From an uncultured Verrucomicrobiota bacterium (GTDB lineage: Bacteria; Verrucomicrobiota; Kiritimatiellia; CAIVKH01): a DNA stretch of 64,000 bases. The notes under the pieces are model-generated. The model ran no database searches. It was given only the letters and a program-made list of their open reading frames with translations, and was not told the DNA's origin. Positions 49,623 to 59,988 of the stretch are shown in pieces (within the stretch, counting starts at the first letter, position 1; every line of letters begins with the position of its first letter). The translations under genes and the position numbers were made by a program. The DNA lies in assembly GCA_964470065.1 (NCBI GenBank), contig CAYYAR010000006.1:13620-77619 (forward strand), read 5' to 3'.

Positions 49623-50744
49623 ATGATTCGACATATCCCAAGTATGCCTCGCTTCACGGCTTCGATGCTTTGCGGTCGTTGCCAGCCGGATTCACCCGTA
49701 CATTTGCTGCCTGCCGGTCGTGCATGGCTCACGCATCGGGGGCGAACCGCGGTGCGACGGGCGGCGGAGTTGGCGGGGCTTGCCGGTGGCGGGGAGGTTC
49801 TTGCCCCTTCGTATCATTGCGGCTCGGAGATCGATGCGCTGTTGAGCGCCGGATCGGATGTACGGTTCTACCGTATTGATGAAGCCGGCCAGTTGGACCT
49901 GTCCGACCTTGCCAGCCGGATTACACCGGCCACCCGTGCCATTTATCTGACACATTTATTCGGCTTCACTCCGCCCGTGGAATCGGTGCGGATGTTAGCT
50001 CGGCAGCACCAACTGACATTGATTGAAGATCGGGCGTTGTCCTCCCTTTCCGACATGCCGGCAGCGTCCGCCGATGGGACGGGTGATCTTGCCATTTATA
50101 GTTTCACCAAGAATCTGCCGCTCCCGGACGGGGGAGCGTTGGTTGTGCGCAGCGACTCATTATCGCCCGTCGAGTGGAACCTGAAGCCGCTATCCTGGCG
50201 TCGGCAATCGCGATTGGCATGGCTGATGACGCGGAAAGCAATGATCAGCCGGGTGCGCAAAGCCCTCCATCGCCCATTACGGACAACATGCTCTCGTCCG
50301 CCGCCTGAACAGATGCCGGCGGCTTATCGATTTCGCGCAGAATATGGTGAACGGGCCATGTCGTCGATCACCTTGCGCATGCTTCACCGCATATCTGCTC
50401 GAACCGTCCGGTTGCGCCGCCGTTCGAATTTCGAATATCTTGCCGGATTGCTTCGGCCGCTGATGTCCGATCCGTCGCGATTAACACATCTATCGCCGGG
50501 TGTGAGCCCCTTGATGTATCCGGTCCTGGTGGCACGCCGTGCCGATGTGCTGGCCCGACTCCATGCGCATGGCGTCGGCGCATGTGCATTTTGGTCCGGG
50601 TATCATCCTTCGTTTCCGTTGCATGACTTTCCCGGTGCCCGGCGACTAAAAGATCACCTTGTTGGATTGCCGGTGCATCAGGACCTTGATCACGAGGATA
50701 TGGAATATGTCGCACGCGTCTTTCGCGCCGCGATGAGGTGCTAA
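49623..50744 (+). CDS. DegT/DnrJ/EryC1/StrS-family PLP-dependent sugar aminotransferase (WbpE-like)
   Basis: ATG at 49623 directly after the upstream stop. Family motif YSFTKNLPLPDGGALV. The six-frame ORF start at 49476 overlaps paralog 4. Confidence 0.7.
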   Translation: MIRHIPSMPRFTASMLCGRCQPDSPVHLLPAGRAWLTHRGRTAVRRAAELAGLAGGGEVLAPSYHCGSEIDALLSAGSDVRFYRIDEAGQLDLSDLASRITPATRAIYLTHLFGFTPPVESVRMLARQHQLTLIEDRALSSLSDMPAASADGTGDLAIYSFTKNLPLPDGGALVVRSDSLSPVEWNLKPLSWRRQSRLAWLMTRKAMISRVRKALHRPLRTTCSRPPPEQMPAAYRFRAEYGERAMSSITLRMLHRISARTVRLRRRSNFEYLAGLLRPLMSDPSRLTHLSPGVSPLMYPVLVARRADVLARLHAHGVGACAFWSGYHPSFPLHDFPGARRLKDHLVGLPVHQDLDHEDMEYVARVFRAAMRC

Positions 50745-51655
50745 TGCATCACGAAAACTATGTGTTAATGACGGCGGCGCGGAATGAGCGCCCGCGCATT
50801 GGTAAGGTTATACGCTCGGTATGCAGTCAGTCGCACAAGCCGGTGCGTTGGGTGATTGTCAGCGATGGCTCGACCGATGGTACCGATGAGTTGATTGCGT
50901 CATGGGCGGCGTGCGAGCCGATGATTCATTACCTCCGCATGGCACCGGAGTGCCGGCAGCGTGGATTCGCCGCCAAGGTGGCGGCGCTGGAGTGGGCCTC
51001 GGCCGTTCTCGAGCGCGAACATTACGGGTTCATTGGCAACCTCGACGCGGATGTGAGTTTTCGCGTCGATTACTTTGAACAATTGATCGAGCGATTCCGG
51101 CATCAACCGCGCTTGGGTTTGGCGGGCGGGAATCTTCTTGAAAAGAAGGGCCGGCATTATCGTGACCGCGACTGCAACCGGGATGATTACGTGCCCGGCG
51201 CGGTGCAGATGTTTCGGCGCTCGTGCTTCGAGGAAATCGGGGGATACGTGCGGTCGCGTTATGGCGGCGAGGACACGGTAGCCATGTTGATGGCGCGCAT
51301 GGCCGGGTGGGACATCCGGGCCTATGCCGATTTACCTGTCTATCATCTTGAAAGCAGTCGCGAGAAGCGCGGTCACATGCGTGATTTATTCCGCGAGGGC
51401 GCGATGCGTCAGGCGCTGGGTAGCCATCCGTTGTATGAACTCGTCAAATGTGTTCGCACGTCGGCAAGGCCTCCTTACGTGATCGGTGCGCTTGCACGCG
51501 GTTGCGGATTTCTGTGGCCGGTTGTCTCCGGTCAGTCGCACGTGGTCGGGCGGGAATTCATCAGATTTTACCGCCAGCAGCAAATGGAACATCTCCATGC
51601 GTTGGTGGCCATCGACAGGAGTATCAGACATGAACACAAGAAGCATGCGAGTTAA
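50744..51655 (+). CDS. GT2-family glycosyltransferase
   Basis: VLMTAARNERPRIGKVIRSVCSQSHKPVRWVIVSDGSTDGTDE. ATG at 50744 overlaps the DegT stop (TAATG). Confidence 0.7.
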   Translation: MHHENYVLMTAARNERPRIGKVIRSVCSQSHKPVRWVIVSDGSTDGTDELIASWAACEPMIHYLRMAPECRQRGFAAKVAALEWASAVLEREHYGFIGNLDADVSFRVDYFEQLIERFRHQPRLGLAGGNLLEKKGRHYRDRDCNRDDYVPGAVQMFRRSCFEEIGGYVRSRYGGEDTVAMLMARMAGWDIRAYADLPVYHLESSREKRGHMRDLFREGAMRQALGSHPLYELVKCVRTSARPPYVIGALARGCGFLWPVVSGQSHVVGREFIRFYRQQQMEHLHALVAIDRSIRHEHKKHAS

Positions 51656-54600
51656 ATCCTGGGTTTTGGTCGTGCTGTGCCTTGGGTGCAGTGTGCATGT
51701 TCCAGCGGCTACCTATTATGTGTCCAAAACCGGCAGTGATGCCGGCAGTGGTTCATCGTCGAGCCCCTGGTTGACCATCCAGAAAGCGGCCAACACGATG
51801 ATCGCCGGAGATATGGCAATTGTGCTGAGCGGGCGATACAGCGAGACGGTCACCACGGTACGCGCGGGTAGCGCCGGGGGACCGATTGTGTTTCGGGGGC
51901 AGGGGGCCTCGCTGCTGCGAGTGAAACTTCATCATGCATTCAACTACCTGGAAAACTTCGAGATCACCGGAACGGATTCGCCCAATGGGGCGGCGCTACA
52001 TGTTGCCGCCAGCAATCTCCGCATTACCGGCAATCAATTCCATTCCATCAATACAAATACCTACGGCATACTCACCGTGCTTGCCACCGGCCGTGTGCCC
52101 CTGCCGTATGTCACCAATCTATACATTGCCGGCAACTCGTTCCGGCGGGTATTCGGGCATAATATCTGCGTCTTCGCCGATCGCTCATTGATTGAAAGCA
52201 ACCGGATCAGCGAAACGTTCATGGATGCATTCAGAATCTGGGGTGAATACACCACGGTCCGTGGCAATATCATCAGCAATATTTACGTGGAGGGATCCAA
52301 TCATCCGGACGTGATTCAAACCTTCAATGCCGGCACCGATCATTACAGCCGGTTTATCGTATTTGAAAATAACCAGTCGTTGAACAGTTACTGTCAGCCG
52401 TGCAATTTGTCCAACAGCACGAATCCGAACCTCGGTGATTGGACCTTCCGCAACAATCTATTCGCGCATATTTACGGTCAGGGGAATGTTGGTATTCCCC
52501 GGGTCCGGTGGATAAATAACACCTTTTATCGCGTAGCCTCGAATCTCAACTATGCCGTGACATTTCTCAAGCAAGTCGACTTCGATGGCGAGGATGGCGA
52601 AGTCTTCAATAACGCTTTTGTCGAGTGCGGCAAGTTTGATAGCGGAACTTTTGGATTCTACTACACCGCTGCTGCCATCACGAATCGCTTTACCGCTGAT
52701 TACAACTATGTCGCCGGTCATGGTCCCGCATATGGATCCAAGAGTGGCTTCAAGGAGATGCATGGCGTGAATGGCGGGAATCCCTGGTTTGCTAATCTAT
52801 CGGCGCATGAATTTGTGTGGACCAGCAATAGTCCGGCGATCGATCGTGCCCTGGCGCAGTCCGATTTTAATTATGACATCCGGATGGTCAGGCGTCCCGT
52901 GGGTTCAGGTTGGGATATCGGCGCCTACGAAAATGGGATGACCACTCCGCCGCCGCCACCGCCGGTGGCAAGCGCCATCGTTACACTGACGAATCTGGCG
53001 CACATCTACAATGGCGTCATCAAGTCCGCCACCGTCGATACCGTGCCTGCTGGTTTGGCGGTGCAACTATCGTATAATGGCACGCCTCTCAACGCGGGAT
53101 CATACTTGGTCACCGCGAACGTAACCGACCCGGCTTATCAAGGATCCGCCACCGGGACGCTGTCCATTTCGAAGGCATCGCAATCGATCAATTTCGCACC
53201 CATACCCGATCAGCAATTGACGAACACTGTCCGGTTGAGCGCATTGGCATCCTCGGGACTTTCTCCCGCTTATGCGATTGTGGCGGGACCGGGGATGATT
53301 TCCGCCTCATCAAACCTGACGTTTACATCGACGGGCGTGGTCCTGGTGGCCGCTTCCCAGTCCGGAAATACGAATTGGCTCGCCGCCGTTGCCGTGACCA
53401 ATCCGGTCGCCGTAACCGGTGCGCCTATCACTGGTGGCGTTACCTATTATATCTCGCCTGCCGGTAACGACGCCGATACCGGCGATTTCACCCGGCCGTT
53501 CCGCACTATCCAGAAAGCGGCGAATGTAATGTGGCCGGGTGATCGTGCGATTGCCATGGCTGGTCGCTATGCCGAGACAGTGACCACAGTGCGGGCGGGC
53601 ACCGATCTGTCTCCAATTGTTTTCAGCGGTATGGATGCATCGCTGCTGCGGTTCAAACTTAAGCATTCGTTCAATGAAATCCGTAATATCGAGTTTTCCG
53701 GTGGCAATACCCCGGACGCAGCCACGGTACAGGTTGAAGCGGGCAATGTGCGAATTACCGGCAATCGTTTTGTCGATATCGGGACGAATATGTACGGCAT
53801 TCTGACTGTGAATGATGCCGGTCGTATTCCCTGGCCCTACGTAACCAATCTCTATATCGGCGGAAACACGTTCCGTCGGGTGTATGGTCATAATGTCTGT
53901 CTGTTCGCCGATCATTCACTGGTGGAGAGTAATCGCATCAACGACACCTTTATGGACGTGTTCCGCATCTGGGGCGAATACACGGTGATTCGCGGGAACG
54001 TAATAAGCAATATCTACGTCGCCGGATCAAATCATCCGGATGTGATTCAGACCTTTGGCGAGGTGGGTACCAATCATTATTCCCGCTACATCGTATTCGA
54101 GAATAACGAGTCCTACGACAGCTATTGCCAGCCGTGCAATTTATCAAACAGCGGCAATACCAACATGTACGAGTGGACGTTCCGGAATAATATTTTTGCC
54201 GGCATCTACGGTCAGGGCAACATGGGCATTCCCCGGGTGAAGTGGTTGAACAACACGTTTTACCGCTCGGCCTCCAATCTCGCTCATGCCATTACGTTTT
54301 TAAAACAGCCTCAGTTTGATGGCGAGGATGGTGTGGTGATGAACAATCTGTTCATTGCCTGTGGCAAGTTCGAGCAGGGCGATTATGGATTTTACTCCGT
54401 CGCGTCGGCGATCACCAATCGTTTCACCGCCGACTATAATTTCGTCGCGGGCTTGCCTCCGGCTTTTCCCGCGAAGAGCGCGTTCAAGGAAGTGCACGGG
54501 ATCAATGGCGGCGATCCGCAATTCATCAACCGCACTGCGTATGATTTTCGACTCTCACCGGCCAGCGCGGCGATTGACCGCGCATTAACCCTGCCGGAGT

Positions 54601-56465
54601 TTACGTATGACCGGATCGGCGTGATCCGGCCCGCCGGAGCCGCATGGGATATGGGAGCCTACGAGGCGGCTAGCACTTCGCCGCCACCACCCGTATGGCG
54701 GGCTAGCGTGGTGATCAGTAACCTGTATCACACCTATGATGGCACGGTTCAGTCCGTGGATGTTTCCACATGGCCGACCGGTCTGTTGGTCGACGTGTCC
54801 TATAGTGCACAACCGTTAAATGCCGGCAGCTATCAGGTTGTCGCAATCGTGCGTGATCCGGTTTATGAGGGAGGCGCCACTAATAATATAGTTATAGCGC
54901 GGGCTGCCCAGTCGATTTCGTTTGGTCCCATTTCTGCGCAAGACGTCACAAATCGTCTCGGACTTTCAGCATCCGCGTCGTCCGGGAACACCGTGGACTT
55001 TGCCCTGATATCAGGTCCGGCGCTGCTCAGCGGTATGACCAATCTGTCGTTTACATCGACTGGCGCAGTGTCGGTGGTGGCCCGCCAGGACGGTTCGACC
55101 AATTGGCTGGCCGCTCCGGCCATCACGAACAGCTTTCCGGTGTTGAGTGTTTCGACGTCTCCTCCCTCGTCCGGTCCAACGACGTATTATATTGCACCCT
55201 CCGGTCAGGATACTCACGCGGGCACGATTACCAGTCCCTGGCGGACGATTCAGAAGGCCGCTAATAGCATGTTGCCTGGCGACACGGCTATCGTCATGCG
55301 CGGTCGCTACAGCGAAACCGTCACCACGGTGCGGGCGGGGACTGCGCTTGCGCCAGTCACGTTTCGCGGTGACGGCGATGCCTCGGTCATCCGTTTCAAG
55401 TTGCACCACGCCTTTAATCGTCTGGAAAATTTCGACCTGTCTGGCGGCGATGTGCCGAATGGTGCGGCTGTGCATGTGGCGGCCAGCAATGTGCGGATCA
55501 CCGGGAACCGGTTCGTGGACATCGGCACCAACATGTACGGGATTCTGACCGTGATGCCCAACGGCACGGTGCCGTGGCCGTATGTGACGAATCTGTATAT
55601 CGGCGAAAACACCTTTCGCCGAGTGTATGGACATAATGTATGTGTGTTTGCCGATCGATCGGTGATCGAAAGTAACCGGATTCACGACACCTTCATGGAT
55701 GGATTCCGGATCTGGGGTGAGTACACGACAATCCGCGGAAATACGGTGAGCAATCTTTATGTGGAGGGATCCAACCATCCCGATGTCATCCAGACATTCG
55801 GGTCGGCGGGGACAAATCACTACAGTCGCCATATCGTATTCGAAAACAATATGGCTTTTGACAGTTACTGCCAGCCTTGCAACCTCTCCAACAGCGGCAA
55901 CCCGTTGATCGGCGATTGGACGTTCCGGAACAATGTGTTCGCCAATATCTACGGGCAGGGGAATATGGGAATTCCCCGCGTGCGATGGATCAACAACACC
56001 TTTTACCGTGTGGCGTCGAATCTCAATTATGCCATTACTTTTCTCAAGCAAACCGACTTTGATGGCGAGGATGGTGTGGTTCAAAACAATGCCTTCGTTG
56101 CCTGTGGCAAGTATGACACCGGCGCATACGGTTATTACTACGTGGCGCCGGCGATCAGCAATCGGTTCACTGCCGATTACAATTATGTGGCCGGATTTCC
56201 TCCGGCCTATGCAGCGAAAAGCGGCTTCACCGAGCCGCGAGGGGTCAATGGCGGCGATCCGCGCTTCGCAAACGCCACCGGGCTCGATTTCATGATCGCC
56301 GCCGATAGTCCGGCGCTTGAACGTGGTATGACGCAATCAGGCTTCAACTACGATATCCGCGGGATGCTTAGACCGCTCGGCCGCAAGTGGGATATTGGTG
56401 CATATGAGGATGCTGCCGATTTGCCGGCGCCGCCGAAACCACCGAAAAAAGTACGGCCCAATTAA
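51630..56465 (+). CDS. Secreted giant protein (~1610 aa) with three tandem right-handed parallel beta-helix modules; modules 1 and 2 are each followed by an MBG/Ig-like domain
   Basis: Signal peptide (MRVKSWVLVVLCLGCSVHVPAA). Three ~530-aa repeats start at nt ~51711, ~53440 and ~55180 (YYVSKTGSD / YYISPAGND / YYIAPSGQD). Each has PW.TIQKAAN, GRYSETVTTVRAG, SNHPDVIQTF and NNTFYR motifs. Start chosen at the ATG at 51630 with an AGGAG RBS; an alternative ATG lies at 51645. Confidence 0.7.
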   Translation: MNTRSMRVKSWVLVVLCLGCSVHVPAATYYVSKTGSDAGSGSSSSPWLTIQKAANTMIAGDMAIVLSGRYSETVTTVRAGSAGGPIVFRGQGASLLRVKLHHAFNYLENFEITGTDSPNGAALHVAASNLRITGNQFHSINTNTYGILTVLATGRVPLPYVTNLYIAGNSFRRVFGHNICVFADRSLIESNRISETFMDAFRIWGEYTTVRGNIISNIYVEGSNHPDVIQTFNAGTDHYSRFIVFENNQSLNSYCQPCNLSNSTNPNLGDWTFRNNLFAHIYGQGNVGIPRVRWINNTFYRVASNLNYAVTFLKQVDFDGEDGEVFNNAFVECGKFDSGTFGFYYTAAAITNRFTADYNYVAGHGPAYGSKSGFKEMHGVNGGNPWFANLSAHEFVWTSNSPAIDRALAQSDFNYDIRMVRRPVGSGWDIGAYENGMTTPPPPPPVASAIVTLTNLAHIYNGVIKSATVDTVPAGLAVQLSYNGTPLNAGSYLVTANVTDPAYQGSATGTLSISKASQSINFAPIPDQQLTNTVRLSALASSGLSPAYAIVAGPGMISASSNLTFTSTGVVLVAASQSGNTNWLAAVAVTNPVAVTGAPITGGVTYYISPAGNDADTGDFTRPFRTIQKAANVMWPGDRAIAMAGRYAETVTTVRAGTDLSPIVFSGMDASLLRFKLKHSFNEIRNIEFSGGNTPDAATVQVEAGNVRITGNRFVDIGTNMYGILTVNDAGRIPWPYVTNLYIGGNTFRRVYGHNVCLFADHSLVESNRINDTFMDVFRIWGEYTVIRGNVISNIYVAGSNHPDVIQTFGEVGTNHYSRYIVFENNESYDSYCQPCNLSNSGNTNMYEWTFRNNIFAGIYGQGNMGIPRVKWLNNTFYRSASNLAHAITFLKQPQFDGEDGVVMNNLFIACGKFEQGDYGFYSVASAITNRFTADYNFVAGLPPAFPAKSAFKEVHGINGGDPQFINRTAYDFRLSPASAAIDRALTLPEFTYDRIGVIRPAGAAWDMGAYEAASTSPPPPVWRASVVISNLYHTYDGTVQSVDVSTWPTGLLVDVSYSAQPLNAGSYQVVAIVRDPVYEGGATNNIVIARAAQSISFGPISAQDVTNRLGLSASASSGNTVDFALISGPALLSGMTNLSFTSTGAVSVVARQDGSTNWLAAPAITNSFPVLSVSTSPPSSGPTTYYIAPSGQDTHAGTITSPWRTIQKAANSMLPGDTAIVMRGRYSETVTTVRAGTALAPVTFRGDGDASVIRFKLHHAFNRLENFDLSGGDVPNGAAVHVAASNVRITGNRFVDIGTNMYGILTVMPNGTVPWPYVTNLYIGENTFRRVYGHNVCVFADRSVIESNRIHDTFMDGFRIWGEYTTIRGNTVSNLYVEGSNHPDVIQTFGSAGTNHYSRHIVFENNMAFDSYCQPCNLSNSGNPLIGDWTFRNNVFANIYGQGNMGIPRVRWINNTFYRVASNLNYAITFLKQTDFDGEDGVVQNNAFVACGKYDTGAYGYYYVAPAISNRFTADYNYVAGFPPAYAAKSGFTEPRGVNGGDPRFANATGLDFMIAADSPALERGMTQSGFNYDIRGMLRPLGRKWDIGAYEDAADLPAPPKPPKKVRPN

Positions 56466-56467
56466 CT

Positions 56468-57823
56468 ATGACCACTCCCGCGCTTGTCTTCATGCTCGTC
56501 ATGGTGGCGCTGGTATTTCTTTTGCCACGCCGCTGGGCATTTTTGCCGCTGGTGCTTTCCGGTTGCTATATGACTGTCGGACAGCGCTACTTTGTGCTCT
56601 CGCTCGACTTCACGCTGTTTCGCATCATTTTGCTCAGCGGATGGATCCGGCTGCTGATCCGGCAGGAGGTGGAGCCGCTCCGGTTCCATGCCCTGGACCG
56701 ATTGATCATATTGTGGGCGGCAGTGACGATCATTACCGGCACCATCCTGTCCGGTTTCCAGCCCGGATTCATTCACCGGTTGGGAGTCGTGTACAACGCA
56801 TTGGGCTTGTACTTCTACTTCCGGATGATCTTCCGGTCGATCGAGGATTATGAGCGGCTTGTCACCGCGCTGGCCGTCGCCATGCTACCTCTGGCGCTGG
56901 CCATGGCTCATGAAAAGCTGACCGGCATGAACGTCTTTTCGCTCTTCGGTGGGGTGCCGGAAGATTCCATTATCCGTGGCGAACAGTTGCGATGCCAGGG
57001 ACCCTTTGCCCACCCGATTCTCGCCGGATCGTTTGGCGTGGTGATGCTGCCAATGGTCGCGGCCGTTTGGCATCGCGGTGGTCTGTATCGTGGTTTGGCG
57101 GTCCTGGCGATTGTCTCATCCATCATCGTGATTTTCACCCCGGCCTCCAGCGGTCCCTTGGTGACCCTCGTCGCCGTGGTGGTGGCCATGGCGTTATGGC
57201 CGCTCCGGCGATGCATGAAGCTGGTGCGATGGAGTCTGGTGGCGTTGGCTGTCGTGCTCGAAATCACCATGACATCCCACATCTGGTATTTGCCCGGACG
57301 CATCAGCAATGTGATCGGCGGAACCGGTTGGCATCGGGCCGAATTGATGGACTCGGCCATTCGGCATATGGACCAGTGGTGGATGATTGGATCGAACGAC
57401 ACGGAGGCGTGGATTCGTTATGGCGTTTCCAATCATCCCGGTTCCGCCGATATCACCAATTACTTTATCTTCGAGGGCGTATCGGGTGGACTACCGCGAC
57501 TTGCCCTGTTCCTCGGTCTCATAGCATTGGCCTTCCGGGGGGTTGGTCGGGGTCGTGCGCTATTCGATCAGGTTCCCCCGCATGCCGGCGAGCCCATGGT
57601 GTGGGCACTCGGCGTCAGTCTGGTCGCGCATGTGGTCACCTTCATGTCGGTGTATTACTTCGATCAGATGGTGATCTTTTGGAATCTCACCCTCGCGTTG
57701 TGTGCGGCGCAACTGGACGCTCCGGCGGAGCTCGCTGCAGTCGAAGAGGAAGCGCGCGTTGACCAGGATGCTGAATGGCGTCAGCCCTTGCTGCCCGGGC
57801 TGGAAGTGGGGGTGTCAACATGA
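56468..57823 (+). CDS. O-antigen ligase/Wzy-like polymerase family membrane protein (exosortase-system-associated O-glycosylation ligase type)
   Basis: ~10-12 TM segments with a large periplasmic loop, Wzy_C-like. Confidence 0.65.
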   Translation: MTTPALVFMLVMVALVFLLPRRWAFLPLVLSGCYMTVGQRYFVLSLDFTLFRIILLSGWIRLLIRQEVEPLRFHALDRLIILWAAVTIITGTILSGFQPGFIHRLGVVYNALGLYFYFRMIFRSIEDYERLVTALAVAMLPLALAMAHEKLTGMNVFSLFGGVPEDSIIRGEQLRCQGPFAHPILAGSFGVVMLPMVAAVWHRGGLYRGLAVLAIVSSIIVIFTPASSGPLVTLVAVVVAMALWPLRRCMKLVRWSLVALAVVLEITMTSHIWYLPGRISNVIGGTGWHRAELMDSAIRHMDQWWMIGSNDTEAWIRYGVSNHPGSADITNYFIFEGVSGGLPRLALFLGLIALAFRGVGRGRALFDQVPPHAGEPMVWALGVSLVAHVVTFMSVYYFDQMVIFWNLTLALCAAQLDAPAELAAVEEEARVDQDAEWRQPLLPGLEVGVST

Positions 57824-59274
57824 TAGCCGCAACATCGGGGGATTACGCGCGCAGCAGTATTGTGCTCTCGTTGGCGATCATGGCCGAATATCTTTTTCGC
57901 TTTGTGCAGAAAATGATTGTGGCCCGATTGATGCTTCCGGAATCATTCGGCCTGATGGGCGCGGTTATCGCGGCGGTAAGCGCGTTGGAAGCCATCGCGG
58001 ATCTCGGTCTTCGTCAATCGGTCATTCAACACAAGCGAGGCGGCGAAGAGGGCTATCTTAATACCGTGTGGATCGTTTCGGTTGTGCGCGGCGTCGTCCT
58101 GACTCTTGTTGCGATGGGTCTGGCGCCATGGTGTGCCATTTATTTTCAAGCGCCGGATGCCGCGGACCTATTTCGCGCCGGGTTTGCCGGCATCTTGATC
58201 AGCAGTCTGATTAGTCCGCGCGTCTTCCTGCTGGAAAAGCAGTTCAAATTCGGGACGTGGGCCATGGTGATGCAGGCGGGGGCTTTCGGCGGATCCCTTT
58301 CCACGATCGTTCTTGCCTTTTTCTTTCGCAATGCCTGGGCGCTTGTCGCCGGACATCTGGTCGAGTTGATGCTGCGGGTTGCCCTGTCGTACGTGTGGTG
58401 TCCTTTCCGGCCGCGATGGTGCGCGGAGCGGGATGCTGTACGCGAGGTGTTCAGATTCTCGCGGGGCATGATCGGATTGTCGGCCTTGACCATGATATCG
58501 CTGCAGGTGGACTTGTTGTTTCTCGGCCGGATGGCCAGTCTGCCGGTACTCGGTTGCTATGTCATGGCCAAGACGCTCTCCGAGGTTCTTTCCTTTCTTT
58601 CGCTCAAAATCATCAATCCGGTTTTTCTGCCCGGCATGGCCCGTTTGAAAGATGAACCAGAGCGTATGGCCACCGGTCTTTACCGGGGTACCGAGGCGGC
58701 GGTTCTATTCATCCTCCCGATCATGTCGTGGATGGTGTTATCCGCAAAACCGCTCCTGATCCTTGCTTATGGCGAAGCCTACGGTATAGCCGCAGGTGCA
58801 TTTGCGGTTCTATGCGTGAGCACGTTCATCTTCAGCTGCTCGTCGCTGTTTATGATCATGTTCATTGCCCTTGGCCAACCGGGTCACCAGCGCAAGGCCG
58901 CGCTGATCCGGCTTATTGGTCTGGCCGCATGCATGTTACCCTTGATTCATTACGGCGAATTGACGGGAGCGGCGACTGCACTATCGGCTTCCGGTCTGGT
59001 CATGCTGACGGTGCAATATATTCTCGCTGCCCGGTTGGTCCCGTTGCGATGGAAAGAATATCTCGTCGCATTCGTGCCGGGCATCCGCCTGGCCGCGCTC
59101 GGTGTATTGGCTCCATGGTTGGTCGGTCACGCGCTCATCCCCGGCGATGATCTTGCCATTTTGTGGGTGAGCGCTTTGGGTGCGGCGATGGCGTTGATGA
59201 TAGCCATCCATGCCATGTGGCGCCGTCACGATCTGCCCGGCTTGTCCGGATTGCTTGCCATCAAACCCGCGTGA
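57820..59274 (+). CDS. Polysaccharide flippase, Wzx-like (MOP superfamily)
   Basis: AEYLFRFVQKMIVARLMLPESFGLMGAV N-terminus typical of Wzx, and ~12-14 TM segments. ATGA overlap with the upstream gene. Confidence 0.75.
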   Translation: MIAATSGDYARSSIVLSLAIMAEYLFRFVQKMIVARLMLPESFGLMGAVIAAVSALEAIADLGLRQSVIQHKRGGEEGYLNTVWIVSVVRGVVLTLVAMGLAPWCAIYFQAPDAADLFRAGFAGILISSLISPRVFLLEKQFKFGTWAMVMQAGAFGGSLSTIVLAFFFRNAWALVAGHLVELMLRVALSYVWCPFRPRWCAERDAVREVFRFSRGMIGLSALTMISLQVDLLFLGRMASLPVLGCYVMAKTLSEVLSFLSLKIINPVFLPGMARLKDEPERMATGLYRGTEAAVLFILPIMSWMVLSAKPLLILAYGEAYGIAAGAFAVLCVSTFIFSCSSLFMIMFIALGQPGHQRKAALIRLIGLAACMLPLIHYGELTGAATALSASGLVMLTVQYILAARLVPLRWKEYLVAFVPGIRLAALGVLAPWLVGHALIPGDDLAILWVSALGAAMALMIAIHAMWRRHDLPGLSGLLAIKPA

Positions 59275-59280
59275 TGACGC

Positions 59281-59985
59281 ATGAATAAGATCAAATCCAG
59301 ACACGTTCGTCTCGACGAGCCGGAGGATGCCGCCCAGCAAGCCGGGGCGATGCAGATGATGTCCATTTTCCTGGCCCATGACCTGAAAAATCTGGCCTCC
59401 GGTTTGTCTCTTGCGATTCAAAATATGCATAATCACGCGGACGATGCGCTCTGTCGCCGTGATGCCATGCACGCACTGGCAGAATGCACCGCGCGGATCC
59501 ATCACATGATCCGGCGGCTGGATAAACTGCGCTGGCGGTTGCGTGTGCAGCTGGAACGGGTCGATTTCCGGTCCTGGTTCAGGCATGCCATACAGTCATG
59601 TGAGGCCATCCATCCAGGTGTTATCAAGTGGCGTGATCCGCCATCGCGCATGCTGATGATGGATCCGGAATTGCTGCGTATTGTACTGGGTAATTTGATT
59701 GCCAATGCACGGGAGGCATCGCAACCGGGCCGTGCGGTCGAGGTACATGCGAGTGCCCGCAATGGCACGTTGACCATGTTTGTCCGCGATCATGGCGCGG
59801 GAATGAGTCGTTCATTCATCGATCATCAACTCTTTGTGCCTTTTCAAACCACCAAGCCGGAAGGCATGGGTATCGGGCTTTATCAGTCGCGTGTGATCGT
59901 CCATGCGCACGGGGGGCGAATGGAGGTTGAGAGTGTGGAGGGTGAGGGTACGACGTTCTGCGTTCACCTTCCGGCTAACAAGTGA
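59281..59985 (+). CDS. Histidine kinase consisting only of DHp + HATPase_c domains (no TM or sensor domain)
   Basis: H-box FLAHDLKN. N box LLRIVLGNLIANAREA, G1 box DHGAGM, and G2 box GMGIGL. 234 aa. Confidence 0.75.
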   Translation: MNKIKSRHVRLDEPEDAAQQAGAMQMMSIFLAHDLKNLASGLSLAIQNMHNHADDALCRRDAMHALAECTARIHHMIRRLDKLRWRLRVQLERVDFRSWFRHAIQSCEAIHPGVIKWRDPPSRMLMMDPELLRIVLGNLIANAREASQPGRAVEVHASARNGTLTMFVRDHGAGMSRSFIDHQLFVPFQTTKPEGMGIGLYQSRVIVHAHGGRMEVESVEGEGTTFCVHLPANK

Positions 59986-59988
59986 ACA

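Noticed and set aside
55011-56336. 441-aa minus-strand ORF
   Set aside because: Antisense to the third beta-helix module. It is repeated in degenerate form opposite the other modules (for example 53310-53915), as expected for an artefact.
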